Source: Burkholderiales bacterium
Lineage (GTDB): Bacteria; Pseudomonadota; Gammaproteobacteria; Burkholderiales; JAHFRG01
Length of the DNA: 59,623 nucleotides
Assembly: GCA_035624535.1 (NCBI GenBank)
Contig: DASPRI010000209.1
Coordinates: forward strand, 1 to 59,623
Direction of reading: 5' to 3'
The notes under the pieces were generated by a model, which saw only the letters and a list, made by a program, of their open reading frames with translations, was not told the origin of the DNA and ran no database searches. Below, piece after piece: positions 21,788 to 30,789 of the stretch (its first letter is position 1; every line of letters begins with the position of its first letter). A program made the translations under genes and the position numbers.

Positions 21788-24613
21788 CTAAGCTGCGGCT
21801 TGCAGCACGCTTTTGAGATACATACCGGTGTAGCTCTGCCGGTTTTTCGCAATGTCTTCCGGTGTGCCTTCGGCGATGACGCGCCCACCTCCATCGCCGC
21901 CCTCGGGGCCGAGATCAATGATCCAGTCCGCCGTTTTGATCACGTCCAAATTGTGCTCGATCACCACCACGGTGTTGCCGTGGTCGCGCAGGCTGTGCAG
22001 AACCTTGAGCAGCAAATCGATATCGTGGAAATGCAGCCCGGTAGTGGGTTCGTCCAGAATATAGAGCGTTCGGCCCGTGTCGCGCTTGGAAAGCTCGAGT
22101 GAGAGTTTGACACGCTGCGCTTCGCCGCCGGAAAGCGTGGTCGCGGACTGGCCCAGCTTGATATAACCCAATCCCACGTCCAGCAGGGTGCGAAGTTTTT
22201 TTGCTACCACCGGCACCGGTGAGAAAAACTCATAAGCCTGTTCCACCGTCATTTGCAGGATTTCATGGACGTTCTTTCCTTTGTACTGGATCTCCAGCGT
22301 TTCCCGGTTGTAGCGTTTGCCATGACACACATCGCAGGGCACATAGATATCCGGCAGGAAATGCATTTCCACTTTTAACACCCCGTCGCCCTGGCACGCT
22401 TCGCAGCGCCCGCCCTTGACGTTGAACGAGAAGCGCCCCGGCCCGTAACCACGTTCGCGCGCCTGGGGCACGCCCGCATAAAGCTCGCGGATCGGAGTGA
22501 AAAGACCGGTGTAGGTCGCAGGATTGGAGCGCGGGGTTCGGCCTATAGGGCTTTGATCCACGCTGATTGCTTTGTCGAAAAATTCCATGCCATCGATGGC
22601 CACGTGTGGCGCGGGTTCTATCGGGCTACCATAAAGATGCCGGGCTACGGCGTTATATAAGGTGTCGTTGATCAGAGTGGACTTGCCGGAACCGGAAACC
22701 CCTGTCACGCACACCATCAATCCAAGAGGCAGATTCAGGTTGATCTGCTTGAGGTTGTTGCCGCTCGCGCCCAAGAGATGCAGGGTGCGTTTGCGGTCCG
22801 GTTTATGGCGCAACCCCGGCAGTTTAATGGTGCGTTTGCCGGCCAGATACTGGCCGGTAAGCGACTCCGAGTGTTGGCGTATTTGCTGCGGTGAACCTTC
22901 CGCAACCACCCGCCCGCCGTGCTCCCCTGCGCCCAAGCCCATGTCTACCACATGATCCGCGTTCATTATCGCTTCGTAATCGTGCTCAACGACAATGACG
23001 CTGTTGCCGAGATCACGCAGCCGTTTCAATGTGTCCAGCAATCGCCCATTGTCACGCTGATGCAGGCCAATCGACGGCTCGTCCAGCACGTACATGACGC
23101 CAGTCAATCCCGAGCCGATCTGGCTCGCCAAGCGGATGCGCTGCGCCTCTCCGCCGGAAAGGGTGTCTGCGGAGCGCTCGAGAGAAAGATAATCGAGGCC
23201 AACGTTGTTGAGAAATTGCAGGCGACTGACGATTTCCTTGATTATCTTTTCCGCAATGGCCTGCTTGGCGCCGGTTAATTCGATGCTTTCAAAAAACTGC
23301 ACCGTTTGCTGCAACGGCATCGAGCTTATTTCATATATAGTTCGATTTGCCACACGCACATGGCGTGCTTCGCGACGCAGTCGCGTGCCCTGGCATTGCG
23401 GACAGGGTTGGCTGTTGAGATATTTCGCCAGTTCTTCCCGCACCACCAGCGAATCGGTTTCCCGGTAACGCCGCTCGAGATTGGGAATGATGCCCTCGAA
23501 AGCGTGTTCGCGCTGGTAATTATTGCCGCGTTCGCCGAGGTAAGTAAATTTGATTTTTTCCCTGCCGCTGCCGTTCAAAATCAGTTCCTGAATGGATTTC
23601 GGCAGTTTTTCAAAAGGGGTCTCCAGGTCGAAATGGAAATGCGAGGCGAGACTTGCCAGCATCTGGAAATAGAACTGATTGCGTCGGTCCCAGCCCTTGA
23701 TAGCGCCGGATGCGAGGCTGAGATGCGGGAAGGCGACCACACGCTTGGGGTCGAAAAAGCTGATTTGCCCCAAACCGTCGCAGCGCGGGCAAGCGCCCAT
23801 CGGATTGTTGAAGGAAAACAGCCGCGGCTCGAGTTCCGGCAGAGAATAACTGCACACCGGGCAGGCGAATTTGGCGGAAAATAAATGCTCGCGCCCACTG
23901 TCGATTTCCACTGCCAGTGCTCGACCGTCGGCGTGTCGCAGTGCGGTTTCAAACGATTCGGCCAGCCGTTGCTTGACATCGGGCCGTACTTTAAGGCGGT
24001 CCACCACCACTTCGATGGTGTGTTTGCGAGTTTTCTGCAGCTTGGGAAGATTATCTATTTCGTATACTTTACCGTTGATCCTGAGCCGCACGAAGCCCTG
24101 CGCGCGCAATTCGTCGAAGAGATCAATCTGTTCGCCTTTTCGCCCGACGATCAGCGGGGACAGGATCATCAATTTAGTGTCGGTCGGCAGTTGCAGCACG
24201 TGATCAACCATTTGCGACACACTTTGCGCCTGTAACAGGATCTCATGATCAGGGCAATACGGGTCGCCGACCCGCGCAAATAAAAGCCGCAGGTAATCGT
24301 GGATTTCAGTGACCGTGCCGACCGTGGATCGCGGATTGTGCGAAGCGGCTTTTTGCTCTATGGAAATCGCGGGCGAAAGGCCCTCGATTAGGTCCACGTC
24401 GGGCTTTTCCATGAGCTGCAGAAACTGGCGCGCGTACGCAGAGAGCGATTCAACATAGCGGCGCTGGCCCTCGGCATATAAGGTGTCGAAAGCCAGCGAA
24501 GACTTACCGGAACCGGATAAGCCGGTGATCACGATCAGCCGATTGCGCGGCAAATCGAGACTGATGTTTTTCAGATTGTGTGTGCGTGCGCCGCGGATTT
24601 TTATGAAGTCCAC
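21788..24613 (-). CDS. uvrA: Excinuclease ABC subunit UvrA
   Basis: 941 aa, GTG start; [55 protein letters not shown], with two ABC modules and zinc-finger Cys clusters. Confidence 0.98.
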   Translation of the reverse strand: MDFIKIRGARTHNLKNISLDLPRNRLIVITGLSGSGKSSLAFDTLYAEGQRRYVESLSAYARQFLQLMEKPDVDLIEGLSPAISIEQKAASHNPRSTVGTVTEIHDYLRLLFARVGDPYCPDHEILLQAQSVSQMVDHVLQLPTDTKLMILSPLIVGRKGEQIDLFDELRAQGFVRLRINGKVYEIDNLPKLQKTRKHTIEVVVDRLKVRPDVKQRLAESFETALRHADGRALAVEIDSGREHLFSAKFACPVCSYSLPELEPRLFSFNNPMGACPRCDGLGQISFFDPKRVVAFPHLSLASGAIKGWDRRNQFYFQMLASLASHFHFDLETPFEKLPKSIQELILNGSGREKIKFTYLGERGNNYQREHAFEGIIPNLERRYRETDSLVVREELAKYLNSQPCPQCQGTRLRREARHVRVANRTIYEISSMPLQQTVQFFESIELTGAKQAIAEKIIKEIVSRLQFLNNVGLDYLSLERSADTLSGGEAQRIRLASQIGSGLTGVMYVLDEPSIGLHQRDNGRLLDTLKRLRDLGNSVIVVEHDYEAIMNADHVVDMGLGAGEHGGRVVAEGSPQQIRQHSESLTGQYLAGKRTIKLPGLRHKPDRKRTLHLLGASGNNLKQINLNLPLGLMVCVTGVSGSGKSTLINDTLYNAVARHLYGSPIEPAPHVAIDGMEFFDKAISVDQSPIGRTPRSNPATYTGLFTPIRELYAGVPQARERGYGPGRFSFNVKGGRCEACQGDGVLKVEMHFLPDIYVPCDVCHGKRYNRETLEIQYKGKNVHEILQMTVEQAYEFFSPVPVVAKKLRTLLDVGLGYIKLGQSATTLSGGEAQRVKLSLELSKRDTGRTLYILDEPTTGLHFHDIDLLLKVLHSLRDHGNTVVVIEHNLDVIKTADWIIDLGPEGGDGGGRVIAEGTPEDIAKNRQSYTGMYLKSVLQAAA

Positions 24614-24683
24614 GGAACTGACCTATCCTGGCGATGACCAACCTGTTAATATACCTGAGTTTCCGAATTTTTCCCAACCCCCT

Positions 24684-26057
24684 ATGTCTTTTTCCGACAG
24701 GATGACCCCGCTGGAATTGCGTGCCAGTGCGGGGCTTGCCAGCATTTTTGGCCTGCGCATGTTGGGGATGTTCGTGATTCTTCCGGTGTTCGCTGTCTAC
24801 GCTGAAAGCCTGCCGGGCGGCGTCAGCCATACCTTAGTGGGAATTGCGCTCGGCGCATACGGCCTCACCCAAGCCATTCTGCAAATACCTTTCGGCTGGC
24901 TCTCAGACCGAATCGGGCGCAAGCCAACGATCTATGCCGGGCTCCTGCTGTTTGCGATCGGTAGTTTTGTAGCGGCAGCGGCGCAAGACATCTACCTTAT
25001 TATTGGCGGGCGTGTGCTACAAGGATCGGGTGCGATTTCTGCTGCGGTCATTGCCATGACTGCTGATTTGACCCGCGAGGAACACCGCACCAAGGCCATG
25101 GCATTGATCGGCTCGACCATAGGGTTTAGCTTTGCGCTGTCGCTGATTTTGGGACCGCTGCTGTTTCATCTCATCGGTGTGCCAGGGATCTTTGCTTTAA
25201 CCGGCGTGCTGGCGCTGTCGGCAATAGCAGTCGTATTTGCGGTGATTCCCAACCCACAACACAGCTATTCTTCAGCGGGCGATGCTCAAAGCAGCAGGCT
25301 GCTCGCCGTAATGCGCGATGGCCAGTTAATGCGCTTGAATTTTGGGATTTTCTCGCTGCACGCGGTGCTGATGGCCTTGTTTATCGTGGTGCCCTTTGCC
25401 TTGCGCAATGCGGGGCTCAGGGTGGAGCGTCACTGGCTCATGTACCTTCCGGTAATGTTGTGTTCGTTCATTATGCTTTTGCCGGCGATTGTGTTTGCGG
25501 AAAAAAAAGCCAAGCTCAAGCAAGTGTTTTGTGCGGCGGTGGTGCTGATGCTCGCGACCGAGGTATTGTTGCCTTGGCTGTTAGGCAGCTTGTGGGAAAT
25601 CTTTATTGGCTTGCTCGCGTTCTTTACCGCTTTCAATATACTAGAAGCGTCTTTGCCTTCGCTGATTTCAAAATTCGCGCCGCCCGGCGCCAAGGGCACA
25701 GCGATTGGAGTGTATAGCAGTATTCAGTTTTTTGGCGCTTTTGTCGGCGCTGTGGCAAGTGGATATCTGTCGCAGCATTACGGCACCCAAGCGGTATTTA
25801 TTTTCGGCGTCGTACTGATTGCCATTTGGCTGATACCCGCGTTTACCATGAAGGTGCCGGTCGCCGCGGAAACCAAAATCTATCCGATTCCGGCGATGGA
25901 CAAACGCCGTGCCAGCGGCCTGTCTCAGCGACTGGCCTCGGTGCCGGGAGTGCAGGAAGCCTTGGTGATCGCCGCCGAAGGCGTGGCATACGTCAAAGTG
26001 GACAGCAGCGTCTTTGATGAACAAAATGTAATCAGATTAATTGCAGGGGAGGCTTAG
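24684..26057 (+). CDS. MFS transporter, YajR-like (12 TM plus a C-terminal soluble domain of about 70 aa)
   Basis: The ATG at 24684 gives MSFSDRMTPLELRASAGLASIFGLRMLGMFVILPVF... with GWLSDRIGRKP (MFS motif A). The upstream part of ORF 24483 overlaps uvrA and is spurious. Confidence 0.85.
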   Translation: MSFSDRMTPLELRASAGLASIFGLRMLGMFVILPVFAVYAESLPGGVSHTLVGIALGAYGLTQAILQIPFGWLSDRIGRKPTIYAGLLLFAIGSFVAAAAQDIYLIIGGRVLQGSGAISAAVIAMTADLTREEHRTKAMALIGSTIGFSFALSLILGPLLFHLIGVPGIFALTGVLALSAIAVVFAVIPNPQHSYSSAGDAQSSRLLAVMRDGQLMRLNFGIFSLHAVLMALFIVVPFALRNAGLRVERHWLMYLPVMLCSFIMLLPAIVFAEKKAKLKQVFCAAVVLMLATEVLLPWLLGSLWEIFIGLLAFFTAFNILEASLPSLISKFAPPGAKGTAIGVYSSIQFFGAFVGAVASGYLSQHYGTQAVFIFGVVLIAIWLIPAFTMKVPVAAETKIYPIPAMDKRRASGLSQRLASVPGVQEALVIAAEGVAYVKVDSSVFDEQNVIRLIAGEA

Positions 26058-26059
26058 GA

Positions 26060-26455
26060 ATCTCTGATTAAGCCCCACGTGGCCGCGACAGCGGCTTTCC
26101 GCGTTGCAGGGCGCGAAGCGAGGCGCGCCGAATACTCACCACATATTCGCAAGCCGAGCGACGAAGCCATGTGCGAGGATAAGGCGCCCCGGACTCGGTC
26201 TCGCGCAGCGTGGTGCGGGAAGGGGCGCAAGCTGCCGCATGAGACATTGTAAAATGGTGCGCTTATGCTGGTGCTCCCGCACCCCAAGCTTCGCCGACCA
26301 TGTCGCGCCAGCCGTTCCAGAGGGTTGCTGCGACTAAGGCCACAGCTTCGGCGTTGCGTTCCTCGTCCATAGCCTTTACTATGGACATCGTCGCGCGCCT
26401 TGTATCTGCAGCCTTCTCGCAGGCAACGCGGCTCACGTAGGATTTAATCAGAGAT
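26060..26455. repeat. 396 bp non-coding-looking segment bounded by a perfect 12 bp inverted repeat (ATCTCTGATTAA / TTAATCAGAGAT)
   Basis: The left arm at 26060-26071 starts 3 nt after the MFS stop. The right arm at 26444-26455 ends 5 nt before the ssb ATG. Both were read directly from the sequence. Confidence 0.6.
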
Positions 26456-26460
26456 CCCAT

Positions 26461-26904
26461 ATGGCATCGGTCAACAAGGTAATCATCATCGGCAACCTCG
26501 GGCGGGATCCCGATGTGCGCTACATGCCCGACGGCGGCGCCATCGCCAATATCAGCGTCGCGACCACCGATACTTGGAAGGACAAGAGCGGGGAAAAACA
26601 GGAGCGCACCGAATGGCACCGAGTGGCCTTCTTCGGCAAGCTGGCTGAAATTGCCGGGGAATATTTGAAAAAAGGCAGCCAGGTCTACGTCGAGGGCTCC
26701 CTGCGCACGCGCAAGTGGCAAGACAAGGAAGGCCAAGAGCGCTATACGACGGAAATAGTTGCCGACCGCATGCAGATGCTCGGTAGCCGCGCCGGCGGCT
26801 CCGAGCCCATGAGCCGCGAAGTATCGTCAAAAGAACCGGCCGCTTCCGGTTCTGCGGCCAAGAGCGGTGCAATCGAGGATTTAGAGGACGATATTCCTTT
26901 TTGA
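26461..26904 (+). CDS. ssb: Single-stranded DNA-binding protein
   Basis: [42 protein letters not shown]...[14 protein letters not shown] and the acidic tail DLEDDIPF. Confidence 0.97.
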   Translation: MASVNKVIIIGNLGRDPDVRYMPDGGAIANISVATTDTWKDKSGEKQERTEWHRVAFFGKLAEIAGEYLKKGSQVYVEGSLRTRKWQDKEGQERYTTEIVADRMQMLGSRAGGSEPMSREVSSKEPAASGSAAKSGAIEDLEDDIPF

Positions 26905-26911
26905 ACTTGTT

Positions 26912-27322
26912 TCAGGCGGTCATGCTTGCGGCGTTGAGCATCCCGATGGCCACAGACAGCGCAACCAGCAGAATGCCGCTCGCCATGTGGTCCTCCGCAA
27001 TGGTCTTGCGGAAATGCGGTATGCATAGCGCGGCGGCTGCGTAAGCGATTAGTTGCGCCGCGAAAGCAATCCCCGCCCAAATAAGCATATCCGTAATATT
27101 CATGCTCTGGGCGACCGCCTTTCCCATCGGGATCGCGAAACCAATTATCGCACCGCCCAGCGAAAGCGCAGCCGCCTTGTTGCCTGCGCGAATCAGCCGG
27201 ATTTCGTGATATGGCGTAATGGCGTTGTAAAACATCACGAACACGACCAGCAGCAGCAGCGAGACCGCGAAATATAATACGAACGTACCAGTCCCGCCGA
27301 GATATCCTGCAAAGCTTTCCAT
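26912..27322 (-). CDS. DUF350 domain-containing inner-membrane protein (YjfL-like)
   Basis: 136 aa with 4 TM segments; YNAITPYHEIRLIRAGNKAAAL fits the DUF350 pattern. It is the last gene of the minus-strand operon. Confidence 0.75.
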   Translation of the reverse strand: MESFAGYLGGTGTFVLYFAVSLLLLVVFVMFYNAITPYHEIRLIRAGNKAAALSLGGAIIGFAIPMGKAVAQSMNITDMLIWAGIAFAAQLIAYAAAALCIPHFRKTIAEDHMASGILLVALSVAIGMLNAASMTA

Positions 27323-27334
27323 GTAAATTCCTCC

Positions 27335-28474
27335 TTAATCGAAGTAATGGGGTAAAAAGCGACTCGCGTTGGTAGTCACGAGCCCCAAATCCTCCCGAAT
27401 CCCGATCCCCGCGGGTTGATCGCCGACTATCCAAGCGCCGATTACCGGATGGTTGCCGTCAAATTCCGGAAGCGGATGAAGCGCTTGGTAGATATAACCT
27501 TCGGCGCCGTAACTGCCTTCGGTAGCGAAAATTTCCTGTCCGCGCCCGGAATAAATCGCGATGTTAGCGCCTTCCCTGGACAGGATTGGTTTTCTGACGT
27601 GCGCGCCATCGATCTTGCCCGGTCGCGGGTAAGTTGGAAGAAGGTTGGGATGCTCGGGAAAGAGTTTCCAGAGCGCCGCGAGGAGTCCTTTGTTCGAAAG
27701 CAGCATCTTCCAAGCAGGCTCTACAAAGATCGTCCCGGAAACTGGAATATTGGTCCCGAATGGTTCGCGTACCAGCCATTCCCAGGGATAGAGTTTAAAC
27801 AGAACGCGCACCGGATGATCGCTGCAGTCCACGAAGCGGCCAAGATCCTGCGCCCAGCCGATGTCCTCGATGAAGATGAATCTCGCATCCAGCCCGGCCT
27901 GCAAGGCCGTGTCGCGCAGGTACTCAAGGTTACCCAAGTCCTCCGGATTATCCTTGACGCATGCAAAATGCACGGGCGTATCGACAGGAATATTCTTCGC
28001 CAGAATCTTCCAACGTTTAATCAGCCGCTCGTGGAGGGAATTGAACTGGTCGGCATTGCCCTGGCGCACGTCTTGCAACCAGTACCACTGGACAACTGCT
28101 GTCTCGAGTGCCGCGGTTGGCGTATCGGCATTGTACTCAAGGAGTTTGGGGGGATTCACGCCGTCGTAGGAAAGGTCAAAGCGGCCATAGAGCGAGGGTG
28201 CTCGCAGCTTCCAGGACTCGACAATGTAGGGTACGCACCAGCGCGGAATCGCCAGCTGCTCAAAGCCATCCAGTCTGATGATTTCCTCGACAGCCTGCAG
28301 GCACATGCTATGCAGTTCCGCAGCCGCCGACTCGAGCTCGTCGATTTCCGCGGAGCTGAAGTGGTAACAGGCCGATTCGTCCCAGTAAGTGCCGTCCAAG
28401 CTGTGGTAGTCGAACCCCACGCCTGTGCATTTCTCGGTCCAATCAGGGCGAGGCGTACTGGGTTCGCGCAGCAT
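27335..28474 (-). CDS. Glutathionylspermidine-synthase-like ATP-grasp ligase (YgiC/YjfC family)
   Basis: RPDWTEKCTGVGFDYHS, PKLLEYNADTPT, FKLYPWEW, EPAWK.LLSNKGLLA.LW..FP.HPNLLP, SREGANI and DQPAGIGIRED are collinear with E. coli YgiC as I recall it. Confidence 0.9.
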   Translation of the reverse strand: MLREPSTPRPDWTEKCTGVGFDYHSLDGTYWDESACYHFSSAEIDELESAAAELHSMCLQAVEEIIRLDGFEQLAIPRWCVPYIVESWKLRAPSLYGRFDLSYDGVNPPKLLEYNADTPTAALETAVVQWYWLQDVRQGNADQFNSLHERLIKRWKILAKNIPVDTPVHFACVKDNPEDLGNLEYLRDTALQAGLDARFIFIEDIGWAQDLGRFVDCSDHPVRVLFKLYPWEWLVREPFGTNIPVSGTIFVEPAWKMLLSNKGLLAALWKLFPEHPNLLPTYPRPGKIDGAHVRKPILSREGANIAIYSGRGQEIFATEGSYGAEGYIYQALHPLPEFDGNHPVIGAWIVGDQPAGIGIREDLGLVTTNASRFLPHYFD

Positions 28475-28818
28475 CAGCCAGTTGCTCCGTGAACAGAAGC
28501 ATGGGAGCCGAAGCCACCGCGCGATACATGCAGGGCAAAAGCATGGCTTCCGGGACGCTCCGGCGGATGTACGCCGTCGGGACGCTTGCCCAGGTAAACA
28601 TAGCGCGGCCCGTAGTAATAGATGCCGCCCGACCTGGCAACACCGGGAGCCGGCTCGCAGCGGTTTTCGTCACCCCAGTCCCGCACGCAGTCCGCCTTGT
28701 CCGAGTAAATATCTCTCGCTTGCGGAGGTTCGCGCGGGCCGCACGCGGAGAGCGCGGCCGATCCAATCAGCGTGAGCGTAATGGCCGCCGTGGATTTGCG
28801 AATCCGTTTTTTCTGCAT
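28474..28818 (-). CDS. DUF1190 family lipoprotein (YgiB/YjfM-like)
   Basis: Lipobox LIGSAALSAC; ADCVRDWGDENRCEPAP and SRGGFG motifs parallel E. coli YgiB. Its stop overlaps the downstream ligase ATG by 1 nt (TGATG). Confidence 0.75.
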   Translation of the reverse strand: MQKKRIRKSTAAITLTLIGSAALSACGPREPPQARDIYSDKADCVRDWGDENRCEPAPGVARSGGIYYYGPRYVYLGKRPDGVHPPERPGSHAFALHVSRGGFGSHASVHGATG

Positions 28819-28858
28819 CGCGCGCCTCCCGCGCCGCGTTTTTAAGCGAACATTGATA

Positions 28859-29659
28859 TCACTTGAATCCGGATTTTTTGGGAATTATGATTCGCGTTAT
28901 CATCCCGTCCGCTACCCAGCTCTTGAGCATGCCCGCGGCATGCTGCGCCACCTGAAGTTCGTCTATCGATTCGCACAGACCAGCGCAAATGTCCGCAAAA
29001 CATTTCCCGCTTCGCATCGCATCCACCGCCCAGGCTTCGGCAACGCTCATTGAGCGGAAGTAAATATTGAGCTCACGGCGCCATAACACCCAGGCCAAGG
29101 CAAACTCATTTTTTTTTGGACGTTCGGGCCGCTCTTTTTTATCAACTGCTTTCCAGAACTGCGGCACGTCCCATTCCAGGTTAAGGCGTTGCAGTGAAGC
29201 GTGGGGCGTCAATGCCATTGCAGGCCACGCCTTCGCTGGGATCTTTGCCACGTCCGCCGCTGTTACCGCCGGATCATTGGCAGCGTCAAACGCCATCGCC
29301 AGCAACCACTCGAAAGCGGCCATTTCGCTTAATTCCGGGTATTCGTTGTAAGGCGCGGTCGCTTTCAGGAATTGCGCCAGTTCGCCGCCGTACCAGCGCA
29401 GGTTGAAATAGGGCGACGGGTGGCTTTCTATGTAGGCGTATCCTATTTTTTCGAATTCATCATCTCCTGCTAGCTTGCGCAAGCCGGGGTAATCGGTGTC
29501 CAGCGCTTCCATGAGGCGCAAGCGGTAGGCGTTCGAATAGATAGTGAGCCGCGTTTTGGCGCTGGCGCGCCGGGTGCCTGCCACTTCGCGTTCCATGCGC
29601 CGGTCACCCTTGAACACGTAGTTCTGGAATTCCCTTTGCAGGTTCGACAGGGCTTTCAT
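28859..29659 (-). CDS. DUF2063 domain protein (HvfC/BufC-type partner of MNIO peptide maturases)
   Basis: LQREFQNYVF.......R..IYSNAYRLRLMEAL..DYP.L is a DUF2063 N-terminal pattern. Its ATG overlaps the DUF692 stop by 4 nt (ATGA). Confidence 0.8.
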   Translation of the reverse strand: MKALSNLQREFQNYVFKGDRRMEREVAGTRRASAKTRLTIYSNAYRLRLMEALDTDYPGLRKLAGDDEFEKIGYAYIESHPSPYFNLRWYGGELAQFLKATAPYNEYPELSEMAAFEWLLAMAFDAANDPAVTAADVAKIPAKAWPAMALTPHASLQRLNLEWDVPQFWKAVDKKERPERPKKNEFALAWVLWRRELNIYFRSMSVAEAWAVDAMRSGKCFADICAGLCESIDELQVAQHAAGMLKSWVADGMITRIIIPKKSGFK

Positions 29660-30498
29660 GCTGCTTTGGCTTTGGCCAAGATCGGCTCCGCGATGTTTCT
29701 CGCCTGATCGAGTTCTGCGAGCAGTTCTTTAAGGGGCGGGATGTTGTCGTCGCGCTCTATCATTGTCGAAATAGGGCCAAAACGCTGCAACGCCCGCTCA
29801 TAGAGCGCCCACACCGGATCGATTATCGGTTGATCATGCGTGTCGACGATGTAATTGCCGCAGTTTTGGTGGCCCGCCAGATGAAATTGCTGGACCCTCT
29901 CGTCCGGGATGCCATTGAGGTAATCCTCGGGCGCAAAGCCGTGATTGAAGCTGCTGACATAGATATTGTTGATGTCGAGCAGGATCAAACAGTCAGCCTG
30001 CTCCGCGATTTGCGCCAAGAACTCCCACTCGTTGAATTGGGACTGCTTGTAGCTGACGTAGCTTGATACGTTTTCCAGCAGGATTTTGCGTTCCAGGATG
30101 TCCTGGACCTGTTTGACCCTGGAAACGACATGCTTCAGCGCCTCCTCGGTATACGGAAGCGGCATCAGATCGTGGAGGTTTAATCCGCCTACCCCGGTCC
30201 AACACAAGTGATCGGAGATCCATTTGGGCTCGATTCTGTCTGCCAAGGTTTTGAGTTGTCCCAGATAATCGCGATTCAGGGGGTCTGTGCTGCCAATCGA
30301 AAGCGATACCCCGTGCATCACGATTGGATAATGTGCGCGGACGCGATCAAGGTAGTAGAGGGGTTTGCCTCCCGGAACCAAATAATTCTCGGATAGGACT
30401 TCGAACCAATCCACTTTGGGACGAGTGGCAAGTATCTCGTCGTAATGTGGAATTCTCAAGCCCAGGCCAAAACCTAAATAGTCGGGTTTGCGAGACAT
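29656..30498 (-). CDS. DUF692 / MNIO (multinuclear non-heme iron oxidative) family enzyme (MbnB/HvfB/BufB-like)
   Basis: GFGLGLRIPHYDEIL...VDWFEVLSENY...HGVSLSIGS.DPL...YL..L..L......KWISDHLCW is the canonical DUF692 TIM-barrel pattern. A start at 30498 (MSRKPDYLGFG) is preferred; the ORF stays open upstream to 30597. Confidence 0.88.
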   Translation of the reverse strand: MSRKPDYLGFGLGLRIPHYDEILATRPKVDWFEVLSENYLVPGGKPLYYLDRVRAHYPIVMHGVSLSIGSTDPLNRDYLGQLKTLADRIEPKWISDHLCWTGVGGLNLHDLMPLPYTEEALKHVVSRVKQVQDILERKILLENVSSYVSYKQSQFNEWEFLAQIAEQADCLILLDINNIYVSSFNHGFAPEDYLNGIPDERVQQFHLAGHQNCGNYIVDTHDQPIIDPVWALYERALQRFGPISTMIERDDNIPPLKELLAELDQARNIAEPILAKAKAA

Positions 30499-30789
30499 GA
30501 TGGCAGCAGACACGAGAAAAGGATAACAGAAGCCATGAGACAAAACACCCTTGCATAAGTTGCACCGGCGCCGCATCCAGGGCTGCAGCTTTGACAATCG
30601 CTCGAGATCGATTAAGTTACAATGAACTCTGCGCCTTTAATTCTTGGATCCAAGTCTGGCCAAGAGATTAAAAATGTTCCGGCTGTAGGTACGCGCAAAC
30701 TCGCCAGATTTTTACATTTTGCCAGAGCAAGCTCGTATATTAAGCAGCCAACCACTGTTATTTAAGGAGAAAATATTAGCCAGTCACCG

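Noticed and set aside
24643-24659. Possible LexA/SOS box CTGTTAATATACCTGAG in the uvrA/MFS divergent region
   Set aside because: Only one half-site (CTGT plus an AT-rich spacer) fits CTG-N10-CAG. The second half reads TGA rather than CAG at the required spacing. I found no box upstream of ssb either, so this is not supportable as an operator.
24483-24683. N-terminal 67 codons of ORF 24483-26057, which would extend the MFS gene into uvrA
   Set aside because: This part overlaps the uvrA 5' end on the opposite strand, and the MFS homology begins at MSFSDRMTPLEL (ATG at 24684). Similar spurious 5' extensions were trimmed for glycerate kinase (20158-20244), mtdA (21021-21056), nudB (35279-35311), rplW (1738-1839), infA (11068-11100) and malQ (49843-49866).
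26054-26337. 77 aa ORFs on both strands in the MFS-ssb intergenic block
   Set aside because: They are Arg/Ala/Gly/Cys-rich with no RBS and no family resemblance. They are treated as non-coding, and the block is reported as a repeat-bounded element instead.
27416-28492. 358 aa plus-strand ORF covering the whole YgiC-like gene in antisense
   Set aside because: The minus-strand frame carries collinear YgiC/GspS motifs (LEYNADTPT, SREGANI, DQPAGIGIRED). The plus-strand product is Arg/Ala-rich with no recognisable motifs, which is typical of a GC-rich shadow ORF.
30347-30565. 72 aa Cys-containing minus-strand ORF (MQLMQGCFVSWLLLSFSRVCCHH...) overlapping the 5' end of the DUF692 gene, considered as an overlapping precursor
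   Set aside because: It lies almost entirely inside the conserved DUF692 coding frame in an alternative frame, and nothing independent supports its expression.
30622-30765. 47-codon plus-strand ORF (MNSAPLILGSKSGQEIKNVPAVGTRKLARFLHFARASSYIKQPTTVI) and a 47-codon GTG-initiated minus-strand ORF in the MNIO upstream region, considered as RiPP precursors
   Set aside because: Neither has an RBS. The plus-strand ORF has no Cys, no signal peptide and is on the wrong strand. The minus-strand ORF has two Cys but no leader or signal features and starts 3 codons after a stop with an AT-rich context.
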